Source: an uncultured Candidatus Peribacteria bacterium
Lineage (GTDB): Bacteria; Patescibacteriota; Gracilibacteria; JAHISY01
Direction: 5' to 3'
DNA: 64,000 nucleotides
Assembly: GCA_964452725.1 (NCBI GenBank)
Contig: CAYVMX010000001.1
Coordinates: forward strand, 40,395 to 104,394
Position 1 is the stretch's first letter, and every line of letters starts with the position of its first letter. Position numbers and translations under genes: made by a program. Below are positions 1-9,195 of this stretch, piece by piece. The notes beneath the pieces are model-generated. The model worked only from the letters and a program-made list of their open reading frames with translations. It did no database searches and was not told where the DNA came from.

Positions 1-3
1 AAG

Positions 4-375
4 ATGCGTTTTCGTCGGCGTTCTGCCAAGTTCGACGGTAGACACCTCAGACATGCGGGTCATCTCTTCCTAGAGCACACTAGTCGCTATGGGCACAGCT
101 TTAGTCGCTGGGGTGTCACTGTAGCTATTTTTATATTGCTCTTCGCTGGGATTTTCGCCGTACTCGATTATCTCAACCCTGTGGGTATGTTTGATATGAT
201 CGCAACATTCAATCCTTTCGATTACGTTTATTTTTCCATCGTTAGCTTTACGACTGTCGGCTATGGTGACATCGTACCGATCACCAACCTCGAAAAGCTC
301 CTCTCGGGTGTCGAGGCGCTCTTGGGTTATCTCATGCTCGGTGTCTTCATCACGCTGATCCAAAAGCGACTCTAA
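4..375 (+). CDS. Small two-TM potassium-channel-like protein
   Basis: 123-aa ORF with two hydrophobic segments flanking FTTVGYGDIVP, which contains the K+ channel selectivity-filter signature TVGYGD. The ATG lies 3 nt from the window edge, so the N-terminus could extend upstream. Confidence 0.7.
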   Translation: MRFRRRSAKFDGRHLRHAGHLFLEHTSRYGHSFSRWGVTVAIFILLFAGIFAVLDYLNPVGMFDMIATFNPFDYVYFSIVSFTTVGYGDIVPITNLEKLLSGVEALLGYLMLGVFITLIQKRL

Positions 376-1298
376 AGCATAGCCATTCGCTCGAGTTCTT
401 TAGTTTTGACTGGGTTTAGTTTGTGTCTTGTTTCGTAGTTTCTTAGCATTTTGGTTGCTTGCTTACCAGTTAGTTTATTTTCAAAAGAAGTTTGTCCTCG
501 ACGGAAATTTGCTGCGTAGTGGGGTGGTGCGAAGAAATTTTGAATTGTCTGCTGAAAACGAGGAATATTAAATTCACGTTTTACGATCGCATTGACACCA
601 GCATTGTAAGCAGCGAAAGCTAATTGTTTGACCTCACTATCGGTGCGGTGAATGTTTGGACGTTTTTTTAGTTCATGTTTGAGAGTCTGGTAAGTCCACT
701 CCAGGTGTCGGACTCCTGCGAGGATATTGAGTCGTACATTGAAAATATCACCTCGTTTGAAATACTGTCGAAAAACCGTGGGCTTGAGCTGCATGAGTCC
801 GCTGGCGACACCAGAGTCGGCTTTGTCTTTGTAATCACTTTCGACCATGATGAGCGCGAGGATATCATAGCGATCGAAGCTGCTTTGACGCTCTGCTTCG
901 ATGATGGCTGCGCTCATCTCGGCATGATACGTTGGTGGTTTTCCGAGGAAGCTTCGAGTTTCCTTAGAGACGAAATTTGGAAATCCACTACGTGTTTCGC
1001 GTGACTCGGTGATGTGTTTTGGTTTGACTATTGGTTCGCCAAACGCAGGATTTTTGTCCCAGACTTCTCGCATCAGTGTTTCCCTTGCGTTTTGTGTGTG
1101 AGTTTCTAGTTTACGGAGAGTTGCTTGGTGCTCTGTTTTGGCTTTTTCAAAAAATTTATCCCACTTGGCTATTTCGGCTGCGGATTTGGTAGGGTCGCGT
1201 CGCATTTCATCGAAATTTTGGATCAACTGATTGTAATGCTCGTTTACAGTCGATTCACTAGGACTGGGTGAGTCTGGTTGGTGGTTTTCAGCTATCAT
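372..1298 (-). CDS. Lytic transglycosylase (SLT domain) protein
   Basis: The ORF spans 372..1388. Its C-terminal half carries SLT motifs: LIMVESDY (catalytic Glu-Ser), GLMQL and AYNAG. I prefer the ATG at 1298 (MIAENHQ...) because a start at 1388 would overlap the ychF 3' end by 29 nt. Confidence 0.75.
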   Translation of the reverse strand: MIAENHQPDSPSPSESTVNEHYNQLIQNFDEMRRDPTKSAAEIAKWDKFFEKAKTEHQATLRKLETHTQNARETLMREVWDKNPAFGEPIVKPKHITESRETRSGFPNFVSKETRSFLGKPPTYHAEMSAAIIEAERQSSFDRYDILALIMVESDYKDKADSGVASGLMQLKPTVFRQYFKRGDIFNVRLNILAGVRHLEWTYQTLKHELKKRPNIHRTDSEVKQLAFAAYNAGVNAIVKREFNIPRFQQTIQNFFAPPHYAANFRRGQTSFENKLTGKQATKMLRNYETRHKLNPVKTKELERMAML

Positions 1299-1359
1299 AT
1301 TTTTTAAACTTCTTTTTATTTTACCACAAAAAAGCTTGTTTTGCAAGTATGCATGCACA

Positions 1360-2454
1360 CTAATTATTGAATCGGAAGTGACACACATCGCCGTCTTGAA
1401 CGGCGTACTCCTTGCCTTCGCTACGTAGCCAGCCTTTTTCCTTCGCAGCAGCTTCGCTACCAGCCTCGACTAGCTGTGTACAATCAATCGTTTCCGCGCG
1501 AATAAAGCCAGTCTCAAAATCTGTATGTATGACACCGGCTGCCTCAGGTGCAAGTGAATTTCGCTTCGTCGTCCAGGCACGAGTCTCCTGTGGTCCGGCG
1601 GTGAAGAAAGTAATCAAGTCCAAAGTGGCGTAAGCCGCACGAATCAGACCGTTTAGGCTGCTCTCAGTCAGACCGAGATCAGTGAGGAACTCCGCTGCTT
1701 CCGCAGGAGAGAGGTCGATCAGCTCGCTCTCGAGCTTCGCTGAGACTGGTACGACCTCGGCGCTCGTGGGTAGTCCTACTTTTGCTTTCCATTCGGTCGT
1801 GTTGAATCCACTGACTGCGTCTTCTGCGACGTTCACCGCATAGACAAAAGGTTTCGTCGTCAGTAGGTGGAGCTCGCGGATAGCTGCGTGGTCGTCCTCA
1901 GGGATTGCTACTGTACTGGCGGGCTGACCCGCCTCGAGCGCAGTCTTGATCTCGGCGATGAGGTCGCGGGTGCGTACGGCAGCTTTGTCGCCAGTACGAG
2001 CTTTTTTTTCTAGTTCGCCGAGGCGGCGCTCGACTGTCGCGAGGTCAGCGAGGATCAGCTCGGTCTCGATCGTCTCGATGTCACTCGCAGGATCGGGTGT
2101 CTCAGACACATGCTGAATGTCACTATCTTCGAAATCCCGCACGACCTCACAGATCGCATCAGTCTCGCGGATATTGGCGAGGAATTTGTTGCCCAAGCCT
2201 TCGCCAGTGCTTGCACCTTTGACCAGACCAGCGATATCGACAAACTCGATTGTCGTTGGGATTATTTTTACTGAATTGTAGACTTTTGCCAGCTCGGACA
2301 GTCGCGAGTCGGGGACTTCCACCACGCCGACATTGGGGTCGATCGTACAAAAAGGATAATTCGCGCTTTCAGCGGCGTGCGACTTCGTCAGCGCGTTGAA
2401 AAGCGTAGATTTCCCGACGTTGGGTAGACCGACGATACCGATAGTCAGAGGCAT
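1360..2454 (-). CDS. ychF: Ribosome-binding ATPase YchF
   Basis: 364 aa. The N-terminal G1 loop is [18 protein letters not shown] and the protein ends ...[17 protein letters not shown], which is typical of the YchF/Ola1 TGS-like C-terminus. Confidence 0.9.
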   Translation of the reverse strand: MPLTIGIVGLPNVGKSTLFNALTKSHAAESANYPFCTIDPNVGVVEVPDSRLSELAKVYNSVKIIPTTIEFVDIAGLVKGASTGEGLGNKFLANIRETDAICEVVRDFEDSDIQHVSETPDPASDIETIETELILADLATVERRLGELEKKARTGDKAAVRTRDLIAEIKTALEAGQPASTVAIPEDDHAAIRELHLLTTKPFVYAVNVAEDAVSGFNTTEWKAKVGLPTSAEVVPVSAKLESELIDLSPAEAAEFLTDLGLTESSLNGLIRAAYATLDLITFFTAGPQETRAWTTKRNSLAPEAAGVIHTDFETGFIRAETIDCTQLVEAGSEAAAKEKGWLRSEGKEYAVQDGDVCHFRFNN

Positions 2455-2544
2455 GGCAGGCAGTATAAAGTATCTAGCTCAAAGTGACGAGTATGCTCCC
2501 AGTAGATTATTTTTAGATATTCTAAGCGATCTAGTTTTTTTTCA

Positions 2545-2573
2545 TTGAAAAGCTTGACTTTTTATGGTAAAAT
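2545..2573 (+). promoter_or_regulatory. Sigma70-like promoter of the pilin gene cluster
   Basis: TTGAAA (2545-2550), 17-nt spacer, then TAAAAT (2568-2573) preceded by TGg, an extended -10. It lies 29 nt upstream of the GTG at 2602. Confidence 0.5.
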
Positions 2574-2601
2574 GGATAGAATCTCTTACTAATTTTATTT
2601 A

Positions 2602-3342
2602 GTGTCAAAGAAACTCTCTCGCCTTCTCGTAAGCTGTCGTAAATCGCGTGGCCATATCTGTCGACAGCTAGGTTTTACGCTCGTGGAGCTGCTGATCGTG
2701 ATTTTGATTATCTCTATTTTAGCGATTATTGCGATTCCGTCTTTCATCTCTGGTGTCCGTAAAGTTACTTTCAAAAATCGTGCCTATGATGTCACAGCAA
2801 TCTTGGAAAAAGCACGTGCTCAAGCGCTAGCTAGCCAAATCAATGCTGCCAAAAAAATAGCTCCAGGTGGCTATGGTGTACAGCTTCAGCTGGCTGATCC
2901 AGCAGCTGATGCGACGACCCAAAAGGCAATACTTTTCATCGACGACTGGAATGTAACTGCGGCTAAGGCTGTCAGTCTCAGTTATGCTGATGTGACGAAT
3001 AGAGTCTTGCCCGATGGTGTTTTTACCATCCCTACGCTTACTACTCCTGGCGACACAATCCTCAAAACTATCATGATCGACACACCGAGCTATATAGAGC
3101 TACAGCAGCTAAAAGGTTTGGACAAAGTTGGTAGTGCATGGGGTTCTGCTACCAATAATACTGTTACAGTTATCTTTACACCGCCATATGCCGATACAAC
3201 TATCACCGCTGCCAATGGCACTACGACGACTGGCTTACAGGAGCTGACAGCAGTTTTCAATCTCAAGACTGAAGGTATAATCGGTACACTCACGCTCAAT
3301 CGTGTAACCACTACACCAGAGCTTATCTTTACCAAACCATGA
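2602..3342 (+). CDS. Prepilin-type N-terminal cleavage/methylation domain protein (type IV pilin or pseudopilin)
   Basis: The N-terminus reads ...RQLGFTLVELLIVILIISILAIIAIPSF, the class III signal (G/FTLVE plus a hydrophobic helix). GTG start. First of four consecutive pilin-like genes. Confidence 0.8.
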   Translation: MSKKLSRLLVSCRKSRGHICRQLGFTLVELLIVILIISILAIIAIPSFISGVRKVTFKNRAYDVTAILEKARAQALASQINAAKKIAPGGYGVQLQLADPAADATTQKAILFIDDWNVTAAKAVSLSYADVTNRVLPDGVFTIPTLTTPGDTILKTIMIDTPSYIELQQLKGLDKVGSAWGSATNNTVTVIFTPPYADTTITAANGTTTTGLQELTAVFNLKTEGIIGTLTLNRVTTTPELIFTKP

Positions 3343-4025
3343 AGCCTCTAAAACTAATCCTATCTCGTCGCGGAGAGACCATGATCGAGGTGCTGATCGC
3401 ACTATCGGTACTGATCTTGGGTGCGATGTTGGTTCTCAGGACTTTTGGCTATGCTACGATCACCAATCAGCTCACCAAAGAAAATGTCATCGCAACTAAT
3501 CTCGCACGCGAGGGTCTAGAAGCAGTTCGCAATATCCGTGACACCAACTGGCTACGCTACGCTGGTGAGCGCCGGATTTGCTGGAACAACAACGATACGA
3601 CTGACTGTCGTGATACTGACTTTGATCGGATACCCGATACACCGATCAAAAATAAGAAGGCTTATCGTGCTGAGTTTGATACCAATAATTATCGCTGGTT
3701 ATTGGCGTTTGACCCGAGTAGTACTACTCGCCTAAACCTCAACGATGGTGTCTCGGCTAGTGAAGAGTTTTTACGTTTGAAGCGTGATAGCACTACAGGA
3801 CAGTATTACCATACTAGTTCGATTGGTGCTGGTATAGATTCGATTTATTTTCGTGAGATTTATGCAGAGTATCTAGACGATACTGGTGCGGCACTAGCAT
3901 TGGACGAGTCGGCCAATGTCTTGCGAGTGACATCACGTGTACAGTGGCTCGATCGTGGGAAGGTCAGTGAGGTCACACTTACCACTATCATTACCGACTA
4001 TCTCGGTCGTAACAATCACAACTAA
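3339..4025 (+). CDS. Minor pilin-like protein (PilV-like N-terminus)
   Basis: N-terminus RRGETMIEVLIALSVLILGAMLV is a prepilin-like G/xxxIEVLIA helix. It overlaps the previous gene by 4 nt. Confidence 0.65.
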   Translation: MKPLKLILSRRGETMIEVLIALSVLILGAMLVLRTFGYATITNQLTKENVIATNLAREGLEAVRNIRDTNWLRYAGERRICWNNNDTTDCRDTDFDRIPDTPIKNKKAYRAEFDTNNYRWLLAFDPSSTTRLNLNDGVSASEEFLRLKRDSTTGQYYHTSSIGAGIDSIYFREIYAEYLDDTGAALALDESANVLRVTSRVQWLDRGKVSEVTLTTIITDYLGRNNHN

Positions 4026-4027
4026 TA

Positions 4028-5032
4028 ATGAAGAAATTATTTTCTCCAGCTCGTAGTACTCAGGGATTTACTCTAGTAGAGGCACTTGTGGCGATCGCAG
4101 TATTTGTGATCGTGATGGGCGTCTCGACCAGTATTTTCACTGATGCTTTTGCGTTAGATCACAAAACCAAAGCCTCACGACTACTCTACGAAGAGTCGCG
4201 TGTGGCTCTCGATCGTATTGTCAAAGAAGTGCGTCGCGGTACAATCGACTATGAGGAGTACTGGAGTTGGCACCGAGCGACCAGTAGCAACAGTTCTGTC
4301 GTGCCAGCCACTGACAATGATTATGGCAAAAACTATGGCTACTATGCACTTCAGTTCTTCCGTGATGCGAGTTTCCCTACTTCGGCACCTACTAGCCCTA
4401 CTACCAAAACTCGCCAAGATGAAAATGTTGGTACGAATGTCTCGGGGAGTACCTTCCTAAATGGTGCACCAGCACTAGGTGACGCGACCAAGTCTAGCTA
4501 TGGCTCAGATCAGTGTGGTACTGGCAAAGTGCCGCTCGTACCAAAGAATAATGGCTATGAGCAATGTGAACTATATCTGATCACCGCCGATGGTGCAGAA
4601 AAAACCATCCTCAAATTGGTTCCAGAGGTTGTTGGTACTGAGACGCAGTATCGTCTGGCGATGCTACGTCTAGCTGGTCAGGATTCTGATCTAGACGGTC
4701 AGATCGATACTTGGATATTGGAAGAGAATTACAAAGACACACTTGGCAAGGCAGTCTTCCAAAAAATCCAGCCTGGCTCAATCAAAATTACTGGACTCAA
4801 ATTTATCATCGCCCCACTAGAGGATCCGCGTAAGGCTTTTGCCAACTTTGACAATGCTGTCCAAGTGCACCCCCACGTTACGATCGTCCTGACAGCACGT
4901 CCAAGCAAGGCAAAATTCAATACAGCTAAAAATATCTGGGAGTTGCCAGGTGCCAAGGGTAAATCGCCAGAGATCACGCTCCAGACGACTGTCTCTGCGC
5001 GCGCCCAAAACGAAGTCATCAGTCTCAAATAA
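4028..5032 (+). CDS. Minor pilin-like protein (PilW-like N-terminus)
   Basis: N-terminus STQGFTLVEALVAIAVFVIVMG is a prepilin cleavage/methylation motif. It starts 2 nt after the previous stop. Confidence 0.7.
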   Translation: MKKLFSPARSTQGFTLVEALVAIAVFVIVMGVSTSIFTDAFALDHKTKASRLLYEESRVALDRIVKEVRRGTIDYEEYWSWHRATSSNSSVVPATDNDYGKNYGYYALQFFRDASFPTSAPTSPTTKTRQDENVGTNVSGSTFLNGAPALGDATKSSYGSDQCGTGKVPLVPKNNGYEQCELYLITADGAEKTILKLVPEVVGTETQYRLAMLRLAGQDSDLDGQIDTWILEENYKDTLGKAVFQKIQPGSIKITGLKFIIAPLEDPRKAFANFDNAVQVHPHVTIVLTARPSKAKFNTAKNIWELPGAKGKSPEITLQTTVSARAQNEVISLK

Positions 5033-5041
5033 TTATTCGCA

Positions 5042-6349
5042 ATGTTAAATTTTTTACCACATTCCATACGTAGTACCAAAGGTGCCTCGCTGATAGTGAC
5101 ACTAGGTTTAGTGCTAGTCCTAGCGCTGCTCGCTGGTGGTGTTGCGACTATGGTTGGTGCATTTACCCAGCTGACTGGTCAGTCTGCGCGTGCCAATATC
5201 GCTTACTTTGCCGCCGAGGGTGGTATCGAGCAGGCACTCTATGATTTGACAGCTTACAAGGACGGCTATGTCGCCAATCCAACACAAAATATCTGTGGAC
5301 CTGCTCCTGAGACAGTTGATATTTTTGATTTAAATTTAAAATACAACAATCTCTGTACTGGTGCCAATATTTATCGTCTGACTGACTTCAGTGATTCTAC
5401 TATCAGTGCTGAGGAGCGGCGAAGTTTTTGGCAAGTTTTTTCTCGAACGCTACAGGATCAGTTAATTAATAAGTACACTATTCCCAATCCATTTTTCACG
5501 ACCAATTCGAATCCCGTAGCAAGTAAAGACGGTATCCTCCAAGAGTCGGAGTGGGGACGTCTAACCAAATCACGTCCTCTTTCTTTTAGTCTGATGATTG
5601 ATGGTGGAGATCCTGGTCTGACGGACCCTGCTCAGCGTTTTACATACTTACCATTTGATACTACTACCAAAAAAATCATCTTCTTTATCGATCCAGCAGA
5701 GACATGGACTCCCGCGAATTATACAGCTGGCATGCCACCACACGGTCGCAGCTATAGCCAAGAGGATGTTTTTAGTTGGACGCTCTCGGCGATCGATGGC
5801 AATAGTGATGAATATACGCTCCAGGGAGTTGTCTGGGAAAGCGATTTCCAGACTTGTGATGTAGCTGGTTATGCCACAGGTGGTAGCTATACTTGTTTTG
5901 TACTTGATCTAACCGATACCAATATCTCGAATGGTCCACTCAATCTCGGTCATCCACTTGCCGGCGAAGATATCAATAAAAATCTCTTATATTCAGTTGA
6001 AGTTCCAAATGGTTTCAATCGTGTAGCAGCAATTACTGAAAACTATAAACGTGCGACAATGCCAGATTATCTAAAAGAGATGAATGAGCGTCTAGTCGGT
6101 ACTTATAGCGTCAATGATCGTTGGCGTGATGTACGCCTGACGATCAATCTCATCGGTACGCTTTCTGAGACCTCTGGTCTGGCATCTGATAGCCTGCGTT
6201 ATAAGATGCTCAGTGCTAAAGAGCTAGCCGATGAGTATGTTTATATCGTCTCAGAGGGTTTCGCTGGTACAGTCAAGCAGACTATCGAGACACGCTTCCG
6301 TCGCCAGGCTACGATTCCGATCTTCCAGTACGTGATCGTGCAGCACTAG
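5042..6349 (+). CDS. Pilus-associated protein with PilX-like N-terminal hydrophobic helix
   Basis: N-terminus STKGASLIVTLGLVLVLALLAGGVATMV resembles the PilX-type N-terminal segment. 435 aa. Last gene of the pilin cluster. Confidence 0.55.
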   Translation: MLNFLPHSIRSTKGASLIVTLGLVLVLALLAGGVATMVGAFTQLTGQSARANIAYFAAEGGIEQALYDLTAYKDGYVANPTQNICGPAPETVDIFDLNLKYNNLCTGANIYRLTDFSDSTISAEERRSFWQVFSRTLQDQLINKYTIPNPFFTTNSNPVASKDGILQESEWGRLTKSRPLSFSLMIDGGDPGLTDPAQRFTYLPFDTTTKKIIFFIDPAETWTPANYTAGMPPHGRSYSQEDVFSWTLSAIDGNSDEYTLQGVVWESDFQTCDVAGYATGGSYTCFVLDLTDTNISNGPLNLGHPLAGEDINKNLLYSVEVPNGFNRVAAITENYKRATMPDYLKEMNERLVGTYSVNDRWRDVRLTINLIGTLSETSGLASDSLRYKMLSAKELADEYVYIVSEGFAGTVKQTIETRFRRQATIPIFQYVIVQH

Positions 6350-6463
6350 ATCAGTCTTTGAGTTATTGAGTTGTGCTGATTTCTCCGAAATTTCGGAAAA
6401 ATGCTCTTGCTATTGGAGACTACATCGTAGATCATACAGCTGTGAGGCTCACTTATTTTCAAA

Positions 6464-6907
6464 ATGACCAAAATTATTCTCTACGCTGATGGAGGCTCGC
6501 GGGGTAATCCTGGACCGGCTGCGGCGGGTGCGGTGCTTTACGATGACTCCGACCAGATCGTTGCTAGTTTGAAAAGCGATCTGGGACGCGCGACGAACAA
6601 TCAAGCCGAGTATGCGGCGGTGATTTTGGGTCTTGAAAAGGCTTTGGAATCAGGTGCGACAGAAATTCAAATCAAGCTCGATAGTAAGCTCGTCGTCGAG
6701 CAGCTCGCGGGTCGATGGAAGATCAAAGATTTGGTAATGCGTAAATACGTGGAAAAAGCTCATGTATCGTTGGCAAAACTCAAGAGCTGGTCGATACAAC
6801 ATATACCGCGTGAGCAAAACACCGAGGCAGACGCGCTGGTCAATGCTGTACTTGATGTCAAGTGTGGTCCAAAGAAAGTATGGCGCGGTTCGTTTACTTC
6901 TTTGTGA
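6464..6907 (+). CDS. rnhA: Ribonuclease HI family protein
   Basis: Contains ILYADGGSRGNPGPAAAGAVL, NNQAEYAAVILGLEKA, DSKLVVEQ and REQNTEADALVN, which matches the D-E-D-D RNase H1 pattern. Confidence 0.8.
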   Translation: MTKIILYADGGSRGNPGPAAAGAVLYDDSDQIVASLKSDLGRATNNQAEYAAVILGLEKALESGATEIQIKLDSKLVVEQLAGRWKIKDLVMRKYVEKAHVSLAKLKSWSIQHIPREQNTEADALVNAVLDVKCGPKKVWRGSFTSL

Positions 6908-7808
6908 TACCTTCCAGTGCGCGTAGGACCTCGATTGGTAGCATCCAGACGGTTGTGTTGCTCTGATCACTACTGATGTCATTGACGCTCTGGAGCGTAC
7001 GTAGGTGGAGTGCACCGGGGGCTTTGGCTAGCATGGTGGCAGCCTTGTTGAGGTTGGTCGAGGCGATGACCTCGCCTTCGGCTTTTATAATGACGGAGCG
7101 TTTCTCACGTTCGGCTTCGGCTTCTTTGCCCATTACGCGTTTCATTTCATCGTTGAGTACGATATCTTTTAGTTCGACGTTGATCACTTCGATACCCCAC
7201 GGGTCAGTGGCTTTATCGACGATTTCTTTGATTTTTTTACTGATGGCATCGCGTTTACCGAGGAGTTCGTCGAGGGTGGCTTCACCGACGACATTGCGCA
7301 TAGTGGTCTGAGCGAGCTGTGCTGTCGCCCAGCGGAAGTCTTCTACTTCGATCACGGCACGGGAAGCGTCTTTGACTTTGTAATAAATCACCGCGTTGAT
7401 CATCGCGCTGACGTTGTCGCGAGTCATCGCTTCTTGGCTGGGGACATCGACTGCTTTGACACGGATATCGACTTTTGTGAGTGATTGAAAAATAGGGATC
7501 ACGATTCGCCAGCCAGGCTGAAGCATGCCAGAGTATTTACCGAGTGTGAATTTTACACCGCGTTCGTATTGATTGACCTGTCGTATGAAAACAATGAGCA
7601 GGACAATGGCAGCGATGATTAGTCCGAATTTTGAGAGGAGGAAGGAGAGGTCAGACATAGCAAGGGTGGGTAAAAAACTAATGAGGATAACGAAAGCGAT
7701 GATAGTACGTACGACACCATTAGTCGACTGAGATTTGCCATTTTGACTGCGCTGGCGTTTTAGCTCGGCGAAGACTTGGCGGAGGTCGGGAGGGTCTTGG
7801 TTGGGCAA
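6894..7808 (-). CDS. SPFH/Band 7 (stomatin/HflC-like) membrane protein
   Basis: N-terminal TM segments are followed by YERGVKFTLGKYSGMLQPGWRIVIPIF and a coiled EAEREKRSVIIKAEGE segment typical of SPFH proteins. TTG start at 7808. It overlaps the rnhA 3' end convergently by 14 nt. Confidence 0.8.
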   Translation of the reverse strand: MPNQDPPDLRQVFAELKRQRSQNGKSQSTNGVVRTIIAFVILISFLPTLAMSDLSFLLSKFGLIIAAIVLLIVFIRQVNQYERGVKFTLGKYSGMLQPGWRIVIPIFQSLTKVDIRVKAVDVPSQEAMTRDNVSAMINAVIYYKVKDASRAVIEVEDFRWATAQLAQTTMRNVVGEATLDELLGKRDAISKKIKEIVDKATDPWGIEVINVELKDIVLNDEMKRVMGKEAEAEREKRSVIIKAEGEVIASTNLNKAATMLAKAPGALHLRTLQSVNDISSDQSNTTVWMLPIEVLRALEGITKK

Positions 7809-7851
7809 GAGTTTTGTCTAGATGAGGGATCAAAAGGTTATTTGATTTTAC

Positions 7852-7879
7852 AAAAAAACTGTCGTTAGTCAAAACGACA
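7852..7879 (-). terminator. Intrinsic terminator downstream of trxA
   Basis: On the minus strand the sequence reads TGTCGTT-TTGACT-AACGACA followed by GTTTTTTTG. The stem arms are 7860-7866 and 7873-7879, and the T-run corresponds to the A-run at 7852-7858. Confidence 0.6.
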
Positions 7880-7903
7880 ATTCAATTGTCTTGTGCTATT
7901 TAT

Positions 7904-8221
7904 TTAGCCAAGTACGCTGTCGAGCGCTTCGGCTAGCTTTTCCTTGCCGACGGCACCTGTGAGGCTGTTGACTTCTTCGCCGTCTTTTAGCACTTTGAAA
8001 GTCGGAATACTCATGACGCCAAATTTTTGAGCGGTTTCTTTGTTATCGTCGATATTGACTTTGACGACTTTGACTTTGCCTTCATATTCGTCTGAGATCT
8101 CTTCGATGATGGGCATCATAGATTGGCAAGGTCCGCACCAGTCAGCATAAAAGTCTACAAATACTATGCCAGTAGCAGTTTCATCGGCAAATTTCTCATC
8201 GGTGACAGGGGTGACAGACAT
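7904..8221 (-). CDS. trxA: Thioredoxin
   Basis: 105 aa with the WCGPC active site and the typical thioredoxin length and layout. Confidence 0.92.
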   Translation of the reverse strand: MSVTPVTDEKFADETATGIVFVDFYADWCGPCQSMMPIIEEISDEYEGKVKVVKVNIDDNKETAQKFGVMSIPTFKVLKDGEEVNSLTGAVGKEKLAEALDSVLG

Positions 8222-8300
8222 GGGAGGGAGAGTTAAGGATTATTAGATAAATATTCTAAATGAAGTCCAAATAGCTAGCAAGTGTGTTTTTATACACTGT

Positions 8301-9170
8301 TCATCTCTTGGGTTTATAAAAGATTTTGTCTTTTATACGTAGGTCAATATATTCGTATTTACCACTTGTGAGGTCTAGTTGTGATCCGGCAGTTGTTAGT
8401 TTATCCAGCTGAGCGCGAGTATCAGTCGTCAGGTCTAGCCAGATGACATAGTTTTTGTCTGTTAGGAGGTGTGCTTCACGAGCGATAGGGTAGTATTTGA
8501 TGCTGATGATATTGAGGTCGCTGATTGCTTCGAAATAAAAGCTGCTTTCGCGAATAGCGGCGAGATGCTGCTCGGCGACTAGTCGGATAGTCGGGTCTGT
8601 GAGGTCGATAGTTTCACCGAGTGTGAGTGATAGCACATCGCGTGTCGGGCTGTCTCCGACGACTCTGTAGCCTTGTTCATTGATATAGATCCGCTCTGTG
8701 CCGATGCGTAGCTCGGCGATGATAGGGTATTTGAAGACTTCGACAGTGATTGTGTTTGGGTAGTCTTTGGTCACTCGGACCTCGGCAATGTCCGGACGTG
8801 CCTGTCGGACAGCTTTGGAGATCTGCGTCACATCTATCTGCCAGATACTCTGACCGAGGGCAGCATCGCGCACTATGGTTTCGATCTCGGCGAGTGGTAG
8901 ATCTAGACTACTGCGGAGGATGCTGACTTTCGTGACATCGAAGTAGCCAGCGAATTGAGTAAATCCGATGATTGCGCTGAGTATGATAGCTATGAGCGCG
9001 ATGCTAAATTTTTGACGGCTGTCGAGTAGCTCGCGCAGCTTGGGTTTGGCGCGAAAAACACGCTGCTCTAAGTGTGCGCCACGACGTGTCCGGCGACGAA
9101 AGAAGCTCGGTATTAATCGGCGTAGTTTCGCGAGGCGAGTATTGCGAGAAGAAAACTCTGGTGCAGACAC
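8301..9170 (-). CDS. ftsQ: Cell division protein FtsQ/DivIB-like (POTRA domain)
   Basis: Basic N-terminus and a single TM (FSIALIAIILSAIIGF), followed by a POTRA-like segment VTKVSILRSS...ITVEVFKYPIIAEL. GTG start. Confidence 0.55.
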   Translation of the reverse strand: MSAPEFSSRNTRLAKLRRLIPSFFRRRTRRGAHLEQRVFRAKPKLRELLDSRQKFSIALIAIILSAIIGFTQFAGYFDVTKVSILRSSLDLPLAEIETIVRDAALGQSIWQIDVTQISKAVRQARPDIAEVRVTKDYPNTITVEVFKYPIIAELRIGTERIYINEQGYRVVGDSPTRDVLSLTLGETIDLTDPTIRLVAEQHLAAIRESSFYFEAISDLNIISIKYYPIAREAHLLTDKNYVIWLDLTTDTRAQLDKLTTAGSQLDLTSGKYEYIDLRIKDKIFYKPKR

Positions 9171-9195
9171 CCGAGTAGTTTAGCAGAAGGTAATC

